Of a stretch of 64,000 nucleotides of DNA, positions 22,780-36,849 are shown in pieces (within the stretch, counting starts at the first letter, position 1; every line of letters starts with the position of its first letter). The notes beneath the pieces were generated by a model that was not told the DNA's origin, ran no database searches, and saw nothing but the letters and a program-made list of their open reading frames with translations. Source of the stretch: Paraspadella gotoi (lineage: Eukaryota; Animalia; Chaetognatha); NCBI GenBank assembly GCA_051294375.1, contig CM119270.1:16690824-16754823 (forward strand). The letters are read 5' to 3'. Made by a program: the position numbers and the translations under genes.

Positions 22780-23220
22780 AGATGAAGGGGATTCAGGGGA
22801 TATTATGGGGACTTATTGCGTCGGCGGGGGATAAAAAGGGATGAAGGGGATAAATGGGGATTTTTCGTTTGAGTGGGAAAAGGAAAGGGATGAGGGAATA
22901 AATGGGGATATTTCGTGACTGAAGAGAGGAACAGGGCATAGAGGGATAAATGGGGGTATTTCGTCTGCGGACGGGATAAAAAGAGAATGAGGGGATTTAA
23001 ATGGGGATTTTCGTTGGAGGGGAAGGAACAGGATGAGGGAATAAATGGGGATACTTCGTTGACTGGAGAGGAAGGGATGAGGGGATAATCATGTGGATAT
23101 TCGTCGGCGGGGAGATAAAAAGAGAGAGGGATAATGGGGATTTCCGGTTGGATGGGGGAAAAAAAAGAAGAAGGGGAAAAAAAAAAGGGGTGATGAGGGA
23201 TAAATGGGATATGTTCGCGT
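22780..23220 (+). repeat. GGGA-rich minisatellite (~40 bp unit)
   Basis: About 10 copies of gatgaggggataaatggggatatttcgt. Confidence 0.85.
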
Positions 23221-23823
23221 AGATTGAGACGACGGGGACGGTGGGGGTCGATTTTGCCTTGGGGATTTTATCGTATTGGTGTATTTTAAAACGAAGGGCG
23301 AGATTAAATGGTTTTTAACTAAGTTTCTTTGTAAAAAGATTGAGATAGAATTTTGGGAAAAGGAAGAAAGGAAAAGGACAAAAAAAAGGAAAAATACGGA
23401 GAAAGAGCGGAACGAAGAAGAACAGAAAGGAGAGAGTTGAAAGAGATAGAGAGATAGTTTTTAGTATGAAAAAATATCGTTCTTCGTACAGAAGATATTT
23501 TTCATTTTTTTTTTTAAATTGAAAACAATGAATCTCGTTTTTTTTAAAATTTTTAAATTTTTTTTTTTTACCCTTAGTGGCTTGTGTTGGTATCAATGAA
23601 TGAAACCTCTGTTGATTCGAATAAAGCACGGCGACATAGATTAGGAAAAAAAAAAAAGGACAAGAAAAAAAATGCAATAACGACTCACGAGATGACAACA
23701 AAAACAACAATAATAATTGAATAATTGATATCTTATTCAACAAAACAGACACAACAACCGTAAAAGTAACTAGCAAATCTTGAGTCGCTTTTCAGCGTGA
23801 GGTTTCTTAATCTCTATGGGAGC

Positions 23824-23857
<34 letters not shown>

Positions 23858-25037
23858 ATGATGAGAAGCTTTGTTGTCCGTCGGTTTCGGATGCTAAACT
23901 CGTGAAAAAGGAGGTTCGGAATAAAGGACTGTATATGTATGACGAATAATGATCGAGGGTAAGAGGAGCTAGGAGCGAGCAGCAGGGAGGAGAGGGAGGA
24001 ATATTAATTCTGCGAGGAGAGGAATCAGGGATGGAAGTTACGGAATAGTTAAAAAGAGTATTTTAAATATTAGGTACAACTACTTACGGTGAATATATGT
24101 TGAAAAAAATTGCGAAGGTTACACACTAAATGAAAAATTAATAATAATTAAGAATAGATTGGATATTCAAAAGCCGGTGGAGTAAATGATTAGATAGCGA
24201 TTAAAGAGAATGCTCGATGCGCTGAAGCAGCTTGAGAAAAAAGGGGAGGGCAGAGTGAAAGAAGGAAAGAAGTAAGGAAACAGCTAGTGGAAAAGGAGAA
24301 GAGGAAAAGGAGGAGATAAATCTGAAAAGGAGTCAGTTAATACGCGTCATACGCGGGTGTATCAGGCTTCGAAGGAGGAAAGGGGGAAGAACAGGGGGAG
24401 GAAATAGGGAGTAAGAGGAGGAAAGATTGGAGGAAAGGGGGAGGAAAGGGGGGGAAAGGAGGGAGGAAAGAGGAGGAAAGCAGAGGGAAAGAGGGAGGTA
24501 AGAGAGGGGAGAGGAGGGGAGGAAATAGTGGGGACAAGGGTTGAGGAAAGGAATGGGAGGAAAGAGAGGAAGGGGGAGAACACGGGGGAGGAAAAGAGGG
24601 AGGAAAGGAGAGGAAGGAGAAAAGAAGAGGAGGAGAGGAGGGAAAGGGAAGGAAAGAGGAGGAAAGGAGGTAGGAAACGGGAGGGAGAAGAGGGGACCGG
24701 CTTATTCGGCGGGTAAAAAGGGAAAAAAAAAAAAATAGGGAAAAGAAAGGAAAATTGGGGGACCGAGATGACAACAGGGAGAAAAATATAAAAAGAAGAA
24801 GAAAAATTTAAACAAACAAAATACGCTGCAGTGCTCAAATTAGGAGGAAAAAAGGGAAAATGGGGGACATTCCTTAAGTATAAAAACGCAGTCGGGGAAC
24901 TAATTAAACTTAATTTTAACCAATTTAAACTAATTTTTAAAACTAAAACACTTATTACCCAAAATTTGGTTAGAAAAAATGCTTTCTCGAGGGGTTGTTC
25001 AACATCACCGCTTAAAAACCTCGGCGTTTCAGTTTAA

Positions 25038-26505
25038 AGGCCCTGGGATCAACGGCCAAAAAGTTATAATTTAAGGGATTAAATAAAAAGCTTGGTATTC
25101 GAAAGTTAGGAGGTCCAGGGTTGGATTTCTGAAGAAATGTAATTTCAACTTTTATTCTTTCTCTCAATCCATTGCTGTTTTTTCGGAATTTATATTAACT
25201 ATATTAAAAATTAAAAGGAAACCTTTCGAAAAAAGAGTTGCGGCGCCCCCCCGCACAACGGGTGCTTAAGCGGGATTTTCCATGGGAATTTTACATAAAA
25301 ATTTATTTACCTTGAGGGAACAAGGGGTTTCCAATTTTTCTTATTGAGGGAGTGATTTTCAAATTCACTTATATTCTTTATAAGAAAAAAAAAGAATAAG
25401 AAATTTTGGCATTAAATTCTTTTTATATCTGGTGAAAAAAAAATAGTAAAACATTTTCCAAAATTCCCTCTCATAGGAATTTTCCCACCCCTTATCCACT
25501 TTAAATAATTTAGGTTTATTTTTATTTTTCCAAACGGTTTTTTTAACTCCAACTTCTTTTTTTGTTTATTTTATTTTATTATTTTTCTGGTTTTCTAGAT
25601 ATTTAACAGAAACTGAAGTCGAAAGCAAAGAAACTTTAAAATCGATACGCTTTTCCGAAATCATTTATTTTCTAGTTTAAATGATGGCTGGGGCTTTTAA
25701 CCGATCTTTAAGTTTTATTCCAAATTTTGTACCAATTTTTTTAAAATAAACAATGGTGGTGGCTGGGGAAAGCAGTCAGGTAAAACCAAGGGAGGAATGC
25801 TTGCAAAAGTGATTTTTATTTTTTTCAGGTTTCTGTTTTTGAACCAGCTTTGGAAAAACCTGGGGACACGGAAATTTTAGAAATGTTGCAACAATCGCAG
25901 GAGGGCATGAGGGTTGGTATTTGTCTGTGGAAATCTGTGGGCAGTCGAGGGGCATCATTGAGGGTGTTATCCAAAAGTGGACCCAACTTCCAGGATTGCC
26001 AGGACGAATTCTTTTGAATATTTTAAATTTTACAAATTTTAATTCATTCTTTTTTTGTAAATAAAAGATGATAATAAACCATCCTTCATATAAAGGCCTT
26101 TTCTTGCCTCCCTCTCTCTACATAAGACGTTTATGTTTTCATCATTAATTGATTTCTAATAACCATAAATTGGAATGTGGACCTTGGTCTTTAAGTTTGT
26201 TAGTTAGTATTACCCACTTGAGGTAGGTGCTGTTAAATTGAAAAAAAAAAAAATTAAAAATTTGCGGTTTTAAAAGATGGACTTACCGTGGGTTGGATGA
26301 ATTTTTAAGGGTTCTTGATAAAAAGCCCCAAAAAATGCCCCGATTTAGTATGCCCTCTTGAAGCTTTTAAACCTTAATCAAATTTAAGAGTTTTTTTTTT
26401 GGAAACATGGGAGGGGAATTTACCCTTTTTTCTTTGACTCATAAATTAATAATTGTAACAAAGGGCTTTATGCATTTGTCTTGTTTTGAATTGATCCCAG
26501 GCCTT
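25038..26505. mobile_element. Non-autonomous TIR DNA transposon with TTAA TSD (Kolobok-like termini)
   Basis: TTAA|AGGCCCTGGGATCAA ... TTGATCCCAGGCCTT|TTAA; the paralogous site at ~28650 is empty with a single TTAA. Confidence 0.8.
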
Positions 26506-28732
26506 TTAAAGACGGAGGTTTTTGGGGAAACGAGGAAAAACTTAGTTTTGACTTTTGGACACGTTAGGGCCGTCATACAACCTGAGACCGGCAAGATTTA
26601 AGGTATGAACAAGGGGCGGGACGGTGGCCGGGGGGATATTTGGTTTCCAAAATTTTTTGAAAATTATTCGAAAAGGTAAACAAGGTTAAACCGGAACCGA
26701 AAGAGTCAATAAAACCTGGCCTCTGGTTCCGGGATCCCGATGCAGGGGGCAGGAGGACGGGCCCCAAAGGCAACGGCTCCCCCCTTGTCCCCCCCCGCGC
26801 CTCCCCCCCAAAATGAATAAAATCGGTTCCAATTTTGGGGAAAGAAAAACGAAAGGACGTAACTTTAAAATTTGGAGAATCAGCGCCGGCTTCGTCCCCC
26901 CACCATTCTTCAAAGAAAAAAAAAAAATTTGGAGGAACACCAAATTTTTTACAATTTTTAATGGAAAGAATATTTTAAAATTCGAAATTTTTCCGAAAGC
27001 TATTTCAGATTTTTGTGTGCGGGGAAGGGAAGGGGAAAGGATCGGAGGGGAAAGGAATAGGGGGAAGGAGAGAGAGAGAGAAGAAGAGAGAGGAAAAGAG
27101 ACGAGAGAGAGAGAGAGAAGAGAGAGAGAAAAGGAGAGAGAGAAGATGAAGTTGCAGGGATGAGGGGTTGAGATCCGGGTCCCGTAAGGTCTCCGGGTTA
27201 ATTTGAAAAAGGAAATTTGGTCTACGGAAAAGAAGAGAGGGAAAAAAAAAGAAAAAAAAAGGAAAGAAAAGGCAAAAAAAAAAAGGGAAAGGGGGCCGGA
27301 TGGGAGGAGACGAGAAAAAAATTGGAAAGGGGCCCATAAAATTGTGTTGAATTTAAAACATTAGGACGGTTTGTTTGGGTTGTTATTTTAAATGATTTTT
27401 ATTCATTTAAAGAAAATTGGAAAAATATGAACTTCAAGTTGAGGGTCATAAAGGAATTAAATTACTTTTTTTCAAAGGCTTTTCTTTTTTTTTTAATTAC
27501 ACCCGTCTTGGGGATGACTAAAAAATTTTCTCTCTGTTTGTCTCTTCCTTCCTCTCTCTCTCTTCCTCTTCTTCTCTTCTTTCTCTTCTCTCTCGGGTTC
27601 TCTCTCTCCTTGCTTTCTCTGTTCTTGCTTCTCCTCATTCTCTCTTCTCCTCTCTGCTCTCTTCTCTCTCTCTCCTCTTTTCTTCTTCTGCCTGGAGCAA
27701 ATCCCAAGCTTGTTCTACTTTCATTATGTTTCTTCACAGAGTGCACTTTGGTTTTTTTTACGACAACCACAAATACTTTCCTTCTCCAAACCCTATTTTT
27801 TGCCTTTCTGTCTCTTCTCTCTCTTCTTCTCTCTTCTTTCTTCTTCTCGGTCTCTGCCTTCTCCTCTCCTCTTCTTTCTTCTCTCTCTGCTCGTCTCTCT
27901 GTCTCTCTCTCTCTCTCTAACTTCCAATCTACAATAATTGAATCTCGAGTGGTTGTTTCTCTTTGTTTGGTTCTCTTTCGCTTGTCTTCTTTTCGGCTTC
28001 GCGTTGTTTCCTCGAATTTTCTGCTCCTCGTTCCCAAAAGGGAGACTGCGCGGTTCTTTTACTTTCTTTCTTCTCTTTCTCTTCCTCTGCTCTTCTTCTC
28101 TCTCCTACTCTTTCTCTTTCTCCTCTCTCTCTCCTTTCTCTTTCTCTCTCTCTCTCCCCTTTTTCCCAGGACGGGCCGGCTGGCTTATCCTCNNNNNNNN
28201 NNNNNNNNNNNNNNNNNTCCTTCCCGCACACAAAATTTGAATTAGCTTCGAAAATTGAATTTAAAAATATTCTTTCCATTAAAATTTGTCAAAAAATTTG
28301 TGTTCCCAATTTTTTTTTTTCTTGAAGAGTGGGGACGAAGCGGCTGATCTCAATTTTAAGTTTAACGTCTTTCGTTTTCTTCCCAAAATTGGAAACCGAT
28401 TTTTTTTGGGGGGGAGGCGAGGGGGGGACAGGGGCAGCGTTGCTTTGGGCGTCACCTGCAGCGTCGGAACGGATCAGAGGCAAAGTTTATTGACTCCGTT
28501 CGGTTTACTTGTTTACCTTTCGATAAAATTTCAAAATTTGGACCAATATGCGGCAACGTACCGCCTTGTCATCTTAATCCTTGCCGGTCTCAGTTGAATG
28601 ACGGGCTAACGTGTCAATCAAACTAAGTTTTCCTCGTTTTCAAACTCGTTTTAACTGACGCGAGTTTAGCGGTGATGTTGACAACCCCTCGAGAAACATT
28701 TTCCAACAAAGTTTGGTAATACGTGTTAGTTT

Positions 28733-28776
28733 TAAATTAGTTAAATTAGTTAAATTAGTTAAATTAGTTAAATTAG
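28733..28776 (+). repeat. (TTAAATTAG)5 minisatellite
   Basis: Direct observation. Confidence 0.9.
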
Positions 28777-30636
28777 TCCGACTGCGTTTAAACTTTAAGG
28801 AATGTCCAAATTTTCCCTTTTTTTTCCTTCTATTGAGCTGCAGCGTAATTTTGTTGTTAAATTTCTTCTTCTTATTATTTTTTCTCCCTTTGTCTCTCGT
28901 CCCATTTCCTTTCTTTTCCTATTTTTTTCCTTTTACGCAAAGTCGCCCTCGTTCCTCCGTTTTCTACCCTCTTTCCTTCCTCTTTCCCCTCCTTTCCTCC
29001 CCTCTTCCTCCCTCTTTCCNNNNNNNNNNNNNNNNNNNNNNNNNNNNNNNNNNNNNNNNNNNNNNNNNNNNNNNNNNNNNNNNNNNNNNNNNNNNNNNNN
29101 NNNNNNNNNNNNNNNNNNNNNNNNNNNNNNNNNNNNNNNNNNNNNNNNNNNNNNNNNTCTCCTTTTCCTCTGTTTTCTTACTTCTTTCCTTCTTTCACTC
29201 TGCCTCCTTTTTCTCAGCTGCTTCAGCGCATCGAGCATTTTTTAATCGCTATCAATCATTACTTCCCACGGCTTTTGATAATCAATCATTCTTAATTATT
29301 ATTAATTTTTCATTTAGTGTGTATCCTTCAATTTTTCACAATATCATCCGTAAGTAGTTGTACCTAATTTAATATCTTTACTATTTCCTAACTTCCTCCC
29401 TGATTCCTCTCCTCGCAGATTAATATTCCCTCCCTCTCCTCCTCCTCCTCCTCCTCCTCCTCCTCTTCCCTCTCACTTATCTTCATACATATCAGTCTTT
29501 ATTTCTCGAACCTCCTTTTCACGAGTTCACATCCGAACCGACGACAACAAAGCTTCTCATCTTCCTCTTCCTCCTCTTCCTCCTCCTCCTCCTCTTCCTG
29601 CTCCCATAGAGATTAGAGAACATCACGCTGAAAGCGACTCAGATTTGCAAGTTACTTTTACGTTGTTGTTGTTCTTGTTTTTGTTGATAATGATATCATT
29701 ATCATTATTATTGTTGTTTTTGTTGTCATCTCGGTGAGTCGTTATTGCATTTTTTTTCCTTGTCCTTTTTTTTTTCCTAATCTATTCGCGCTTTTATTCG
29801 AATGCAACAAGGTTCATTCATTATTACCAAACACAATGCCACTAAGACTAAAAAAAATTTTAAAATGTTAAATAAAAACAATTCATTGTTTTCATTTAAA
29901 AAAAAATATGAAAAATATATCTTACGAGAACGATATTTTTCATACTAAAAACTCTCTCTCTATCTCTTTCACTCTCTCCTTTCTTTCTCTTCGTTTCCGC
30001 TCTTTCTTCGTATTTTCCTTTTTTTTTTCCTTTTCCTTTCTATCCTTTTCCCAAAATTTCTATCTCATCTTTTACAAAGAAACTTAGTTAAAACCATTTC
30101 TCGCCCTTCGTTTAAAATACCCAATCGATAAAATCCCCAAGGCAAATCCCCCCACCGTCCCGTCGTCTCAATACGCGAACATATCCCCATTTATCCCCTC
30201 ATCCCTTTCCTCTCCCNNNNNNNNNNNNNNNNNNNNNNNNNNNNNNNNNNNNNNNNNNNNNNNNNNNNNNNNNNNNNNNNNNNNNNNNNNNNNNNNNNNN
30301 NNNNNNNNNNNNNNNNNNNNNNNNNNNNNNNNNNNNNNNNNNNNNNNNNNNNNNNNNNNNNNNNNNNNNNNNNNNNNNNNNNNNNNNNNNNNNNNNNNNN
30401 NNNNNNNNNNNNNNNNNNNNNNNNNNNNNNNNNNNNNNNNNNNNNNNNNNNNNNNNNNNNNNNNNNNNNNNNNNNNNNNNNNNNNCCCCGCCGACGAATA
30501 AGTCCCCATTATATCCCCTGATCCCCTTTTCATCTCCCGCCGCGAGCGAAAAACCTCCTCGTTGGACGCATTACGAGCGCCGAGTCTTCATGGTGTAGTT
30601 TTCAATGGCGATTGTTTCATGGTGCGTGCGTGGAAA

Positions 30637-30637
<1 letters not shown>

Positions 30638-30678
<41 letters not shown>
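30638..30678 (+). repeat. (GAC)n microsatellite
   Basis: Direct observation. Confidence 0.95.
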
Positions 30679-30679
<1 letters not shown>

Positions 30680-33095
30680 TGGCAATTTGTTCACGAGGCG
30701 GAATTGATCGTGAGACTGAGACTCCCGACTGTGAATCACCGAAAGGCGCGGAGGGGGTGGAATTGTGAGCGGTGAGAGGTGGGGTGGAGACTGGTGAGGG
30801 TGTGTGAATCGTGAAAGGGGGTTCACGAGGCCACAAGGAGTAGGTACAAGGTAGTGTTGTGTTAGAATTACAGGTAAGAAACGAAAAGTGGGTTAATGTG
30901 TTGACGCATGCGCGTTAGTATTTTTCGTTGGAATGCGGAAGGCGTTAGAGAATAAAGGAAGTTCGACAGGTATGGAAATAGTTGTAAATTGACCGTCGTT
31001 AAATGTAATATTGGGATAATGTTATCCGTCGCGTCAAGAAACCTTGACGGCCGGTTGGTTATCGTCACGCATTTTGAACTTCAACGGAAAACATTACGCG
31101 TTGGTGATGGAACCGTCTTAAGTGTTTAAGTTGGAACTGATGAGAAGTGAGTAAGATTGAAGGGACGACGGACGACAAAAACACGACGATGACGGACGAA
31201 ATCTCTTCCGGTATGCGCGACTAATCTTTTCACTTTACCCCCTACCCCCTCTCTCTCCCCCCAAAAAAAACCTGAGTTTCTCCTTTTGAAAAAAAACTTT
31301 TTCTTGATTTCGACGACGAAGAAGGAGAAATATTTGGTTTCGCCTTTACACAAAAAAGAAAAAAAAAATAGAATAAAACTTCTGGTTTTTATGCAAAGAT
31401 AACTAACAAGTTTGAGGAGAAAGATAAACAAGAGAAAACTAAATAAAAACAGGAAAAGAAATCGTGGAGACGAGAAAGGGATGCGGGGGAAGACGAGTTT
31501 TAAAAATATCATGCTACTAAAGTTAAAGGAATGTTTATTCACTTTTTAAAACATCGCTGGCAGTTTTATTGTTATGTCCATTCATTCATCGGGAAGCTAT
31601 TTCGCACATTACCGTATTGAATAACGCTCTTAATCATACATTCGTAAAAAAAAACAACCGAATTGCCTCAACCGACTGACCGACAGAGAAAAAAAAATTT
31701 ACGAAACACGCTGAGCTGCATCATAAAGATTTTTCGACTTAAGCCCCAAAGAGAGAGAAACAAAAAACCTTTTTCACAAAAAGATTCGAAAAGAGAAGGG
31801 GCAGAGAAAAATGCAAAGTGTGTGTGTGACACATGACGTTACAAACCGCCGTCTCTTCTCCCCCCTCCGCCCTCCCCCCCTTTCTTCGCCCCCCCTTAAC
31901 CCCCTTAACCCCCGGAACGAGATGCAATAAAGAAGAAAGAGGACCTTTGCGCAAAGTTGCGAAGTGGTCGGATGAGCGAGGGGGAGAGACCGAAGGGAGT
32001 AGAGAAGGGGAGGAAAGGAGAATGAAGTGGGTGGAGGAAAGAGGAGGAAAATGTGTGGGAAGGGGAAGAAGGGAAGGAAAGGAGAGGAAAGAGGAAAGAA
32101 AGTCGGAGATAGGAGAAGGAAGGAAGGAGAGAAAGTAAGAAGAAAGATAAGTGAGAAAGAAGCGAAGACAGGAAAGGAGAGGAAAGAATCGAGGAAATGT
32201 AGGAAGGAAATGGAGACAGGAAGATACAGGAGAGGAAAGGAGGAAGCGCGACGACGCGAACAGGGAGAAACAAGAAATGGGAGGATAAGGGGAGGGGAAA
32301 AGTGAAGAGAGAGAAGGAAAGGAATAGGAAAGAAGAAGGAAGTGGGGAGAAGGAAGGAAGAGAAGGAAAGAGGGGGAAAGTTAGAAGGAAGGGAGGAATG
32401 GGAGGAAAGAACAGAGCAAGATTAGAAAGATAAAAGGGATGAAGAGGAGAAAGGGCAGGAGAGTTGGAGAGAGCAAAGGGAGGAGATTGGAGAGAATAGC
32501 GGAGAAATTAGAGATGAAGAGAGGAAGGGAAGAAAGGAGGGAGAGAAGAGAGGGATAGGAGGAAATAAATGAAGAGTGGATAAAGAAGAGAGGAGGGACT
32601 GAGAGAGAGAAAGACAGAGAGAAGAAGACGAAGAAGAAACGAGGAGGTTGGAATTCATCGAAGGGAGAACAATTGAATATATTGTCTTATTACTCTGATC
32701 AGTTCTTCAGCAACAATTAAAGACAGCGGAGCAAGAGAGAGAGAGAAATGAGAGAGAAGACGAGAGAGAGAGAACGTCAGAGGAGAGAGAAACCGAGAGA
32801 GACTGAGAGAGAGAGAGAGAAAGAAAGGAGGAAAACATTTCGACCTCCGTGCGAAAACCAAAATCCAGGGCGAGTCCTCGGGCCGCGCGAAGGAGCCGAT
32901 GAGAAGTAAGTGAAAGAGACTGAGAGAGAAAAGGAAGAAAAGACAGAAAAGAGAAGAGTCGACGGATCTCGCTTGTCGGTCCGTTTACCATCATTGGTCA
33001 TGCAGTCATTCGCTCGCGTCGACTATAACATCCCTCTCTTCTCTCTCTCTCTCTCTCCTCTCTCTCTCTTCTCTCTCTCTCTCTCTCTCCGTCTG

Positions 33096-33126
<31 letters not shown>

Positions 33127-33354
33127 TCTTTTCTCCACCCCTCACCCGCAACCTCCATTCACTTTCTTTTTTACGATTTTAAATCATATTTCCAGAGAGA
33201 TCTGTTTATATCTCTTTTTTTAAATCATCTAACGTATTTCAATACAAATAACTATTAAGCTTTCCTAATTCAATCCCTCAATAAATATTTACATCTTTTT
33301 AGTGTACCATTCATAAATATCTTGTCGTTTGCTAGTTGATAACCTTTTCCTTTT

Positions 33355-33535
33355 CCTTTCTTTCTTTCTTTCTTTCTTTCTTCTTTCTTTCTTGTCTTTC
33401 TTCTCTTTCTTTCTTTCTTTTTTTCTTTCTTTTTTTCTTTCTTTCTTTCTTTCTTTCGTTCTCTTTCTTTCTTATTCATTCATTCATTCATTCATTCATT
33501 CATTCATTCATTCATTCATTCATTCATTCATTCAT
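33355..33535 (+). repeat. (TTTC)n followed by (ATTC)n microsatellites
   Basis: Direct observation; mirrored at 56017-56335. Confidence 0.95.
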
Positions 33536-36500
33536 CTTTTTTTCATTTCCTTCCATCTTTCCCCTATTTTTCTCCATTAGATTCCCGACCTTCTCTCGGT
33601 CATCTCGCTCTCTCGCCTCTCGTCGCTCTCTCGCTCTCTAGCTCTCTTTTTTTTCGCTCGTCTATTTTCTTTGAAGACATTCAAAGAGAGGAACTCAAAG
33701 GAACGCTGAGAGAAAAAAGAAAGTTTAAAAAAAGGAAAAGAAAAAAGAGAAGAAAACACATCCAGGAGTTTTTTTTTGACCTTTCGCTTCTCGAAGTCAC
33801 TCACGTTGCTGAGTCGCGGTGTGAAACGAATGATTGGTGATGATGATGATGGGGAGAGGAGGAGGAGGAGAGGAAGAAGAAGATTAGATTCCAGAAGACA
33901 TTGACAAACGACTATCAAGAAAATAAACGCTTGTATCGAACATTAATTTCGGTTTCGCTACTAACTTAAAGTTCTTCTCCGTCCTGTCTAAACGGAACGA
34001 CGTTCGTTACAATTTATATACTAAAATTAACATTTATACACATAATATACATCATATATAGATTTTTTTAAAAAAATTTTTACCCTTTAATAAGGGAGTT
34101 AAACTTTAAAATTTGTGACATTCTGTTTATCATTACCTAATACTCTTTATTTAGGTTTTTCATTAATCTCGGCTATGTGTTAAAGTTTAGCTCAAACATG
34201 TAATTTTTAAAGAATTTTTCAAGATTCGTTTTTTATAAATTATATAATGTTCATGCTCTCTTGCGGGTTAATACTCTAGACTGTGATAAAGAGGTTTATT
34301 AAGAGCTTGAAGTGTTCATCTATTGAGGCTTTAATTTACTGTTGCTGTCCAAAGTCACGAGCAATATAGCTTAATCATTGTAATAATAGATAATTGTTAT
34401 ATTGGCTTTACCAAATTGATAAACAATATACGATTTTCATCTCCATCTACTTCCATATCTTGTATTTAACATCCATCTGCACCTCCCATCTACACCTCCC
34501 GTCTTACACCTCCCGATCGCATCTCAGCCTCTGTTGACCATTCTCCATCATTCAGAAATTCCGTCCATACGCTGCTGTCAGACTGCGAAAGAAAAAAAGT
34601 TGGCTGACTTGGCTTTGAAACAAAATTTAGAGATAATGATGGAGAAGAAACGAAGCAGAAAAAGCAAAAAAAAACGCATTGGTTCTATTCTAATGGAATA
34701 AGCAATAGTGCGTAAAAAAAGCAATAATTTCTGCATAAGGAAAATGAATTCCATAGTGCAACGTTTGCAAAGAAAGTAAATATAGCGAGGCATCGAACAA
34801 TATAAGTTAATATGTACGTTTATCAAAAATAAATCGTTAGTTGAAACAAATGTGTTCAAACTTTTTCTAGGACTATATCAAATTAATTTATTTGCTCAAG
34901 GTTCACCCGATTTCTTTTCTCGTTCCACATCTTGTTGCCTCTCCTAGAAATGCGCAGTCGAGTCATATACTTGGGGTCAACGTTTACTCACAACAACAAC
35001 GACGACGACGACGACGACAAGGGACGGAATAAGTCGAGCCAGTCTCTAGAGAAAAGTAAAATGTATCGACCAAAGGATATGTAAAAATGGAACGAGAATC
35101 TGAAACGTCACAACGGACAACAACCAATCAGCGGCACAATGACATTGTAGCAACGAGAAAGATTCTACGTTCGGTCCAGAAATTTATTATTGTTGTTCCA
35201 TTTACTTGCGATCTCATTAAATAAATTGCATAAAAGAATAGGAAGAATTCCGATATTAACCAACAAATCTACTCGATCGTGTTTAACAGAGTGCAACAAC
35301 GGACACCGAACAACAAACAACGAACGACAAAGAGGCAAAGAGGCCGCTTGAAGCTGGAAAAAAGACGAGAGCGCTAAAAAAAATTCCGCGATTTTTGTTT
35401 GTTCGTGGTCATATTTGGCGGCCATATTTTGTCGGGGGCCACATTTCGAGAGCTGAGTCCGTATAAACTCGGTCGCCAGGATTCGGAGTTTGTGGCCGCC
35501 GTTTTTTTTTCTCCAATATCTGCGGCAAACGTGTGAGAGGGGTAGGAAACGGATGTAAACGGTCGGTAACGGAGAGGTAAGTCGAATCGGATTCTGTCCT
35601 GGTAAGGGATTCAAGCAGAGATTAAAGAGATGAAAACGAGGCTGGCAAAGAGATTCTTCATCCTTAAAATTCGCATCAGTATCCGTTGTTGTCTATCTGT
35701 CGTTGTTCACGTTATCCGAGCTATTGTTACTTGTCTTTGATTGGTCATCATTTTTCTTGTTCATTGGCATTTTGTCGTCCGTCTTGCTAGTTTATATGCA
35801 TCGTCTGTCTTTGTCGTACAATGTTCGTTGGTTTTTTTTATCGTTGTCATCGCTATGTTGTCTTTGTCGTCAATTGTCGTTGTCTTCGAAGTTGTCTTTG
35901 TCGTGGTGTTCTTGTTCGTGGTCTTCGTGGGTCAAATGCACAGCTGATTGCAAAAAAAATCTGCATCCGCCAAAATAAAAAAGAGGCTTACACTGTCATG
36001 AAGCCGCTTCCACGTGGGCCTCCACTCCAATAAGCGCGCTTCTTCCACAGCAGCGCCAGTTTTAGTCCGACCGCCCACGCCCCCGTCGCCGGAAGCGCGA
36101 GCCGGCTGGCTCGTCTTTGACCGGTCGAATGAAGGAGCGGAAAATCTCAGACGAGAAAAAAAAAAACTTTGTTGCGGTGTTTTTGCCGCCGCTTCAGAGT
36201 CGACGAAGGCTGACAAAATGTAGCTTTCGAGTTCAAACAAAAAAAGTCAAAAATTTAGTCAGATATTTTTATTCTTTTATCTTCGCTGAAGATGGCTTCT
36301 GGAATACTCAACCTAATAATTCTTAAATTATTCAAAATAATTAATTAAAAAAATATTTTTTCGTAAGCTCAGAATATCGATAAGAAAAACGATCTCTTTG
36401 TTAGAATCTATCATTGATTAAACAATAAGAAAACAATTGATCATTAATTATTATTTATCCCACCCTGGTTCGAGAAGCCCTCGACTCCCACCGTGTTGGA

Positions 36501-36849
36501 CCGCCGGTTTACTTTCAAAGCGTGCACGGGTTGCATTAACTAAGTTTGTTCTTGAATTCCTTCTTTTATTATTTGCGAACCTGAAACGCGTCGGGAAATA
36601 AATCGATGAAGCCTAAAGGAAAGATAAATTGCTTTGTTTTACTTGGAATCAATACCTGACCGCGTTTGATTCATTTCCCTTTTTTTTGGATGGCGTACGG
36701 GGGGGCAGTCCTCAGTTTCGTCGTCTTTATCTCCGAAAGGTCATTCTTAAGAATTGGGAGAAAGACGCCTCAAAAATTAATATATCAATAACTTTAGAGA
36801 AAATATTTTGACATCGTGGAATTTCCTTTCGTCTTCGTGTGATTTGAAT

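Larger units (their letters stand above)
22285..31020. repeat. ~8.7 kb inverted duplication: arms 22285-27050 and 28218-31020
   Basis: 22285-22830 = revcomp 30486-31020; 23210-24300 = revcomp 29158-30200; 24700-25037 plus 26506-27030 = revcomp 28218-28950. Confidence 0.9.

Noticed and set aside
22780-23220. CRISPR-like periodic repeat
   Set aside because: Degenerate minisatellite without unique spacers; eukaryotic context and no cas genes.
35370-35425. Minus-strand MAAKYDHEQTKIAEFF as a gene start
   Set aside because: Too short; no continuing exon or recognisable domain.
36575-36670. gaaacgcgtc..aataaa as a third hammerhead
   Set aside because: No upstream CUGANGA or stem II is visible; at most a fragment.
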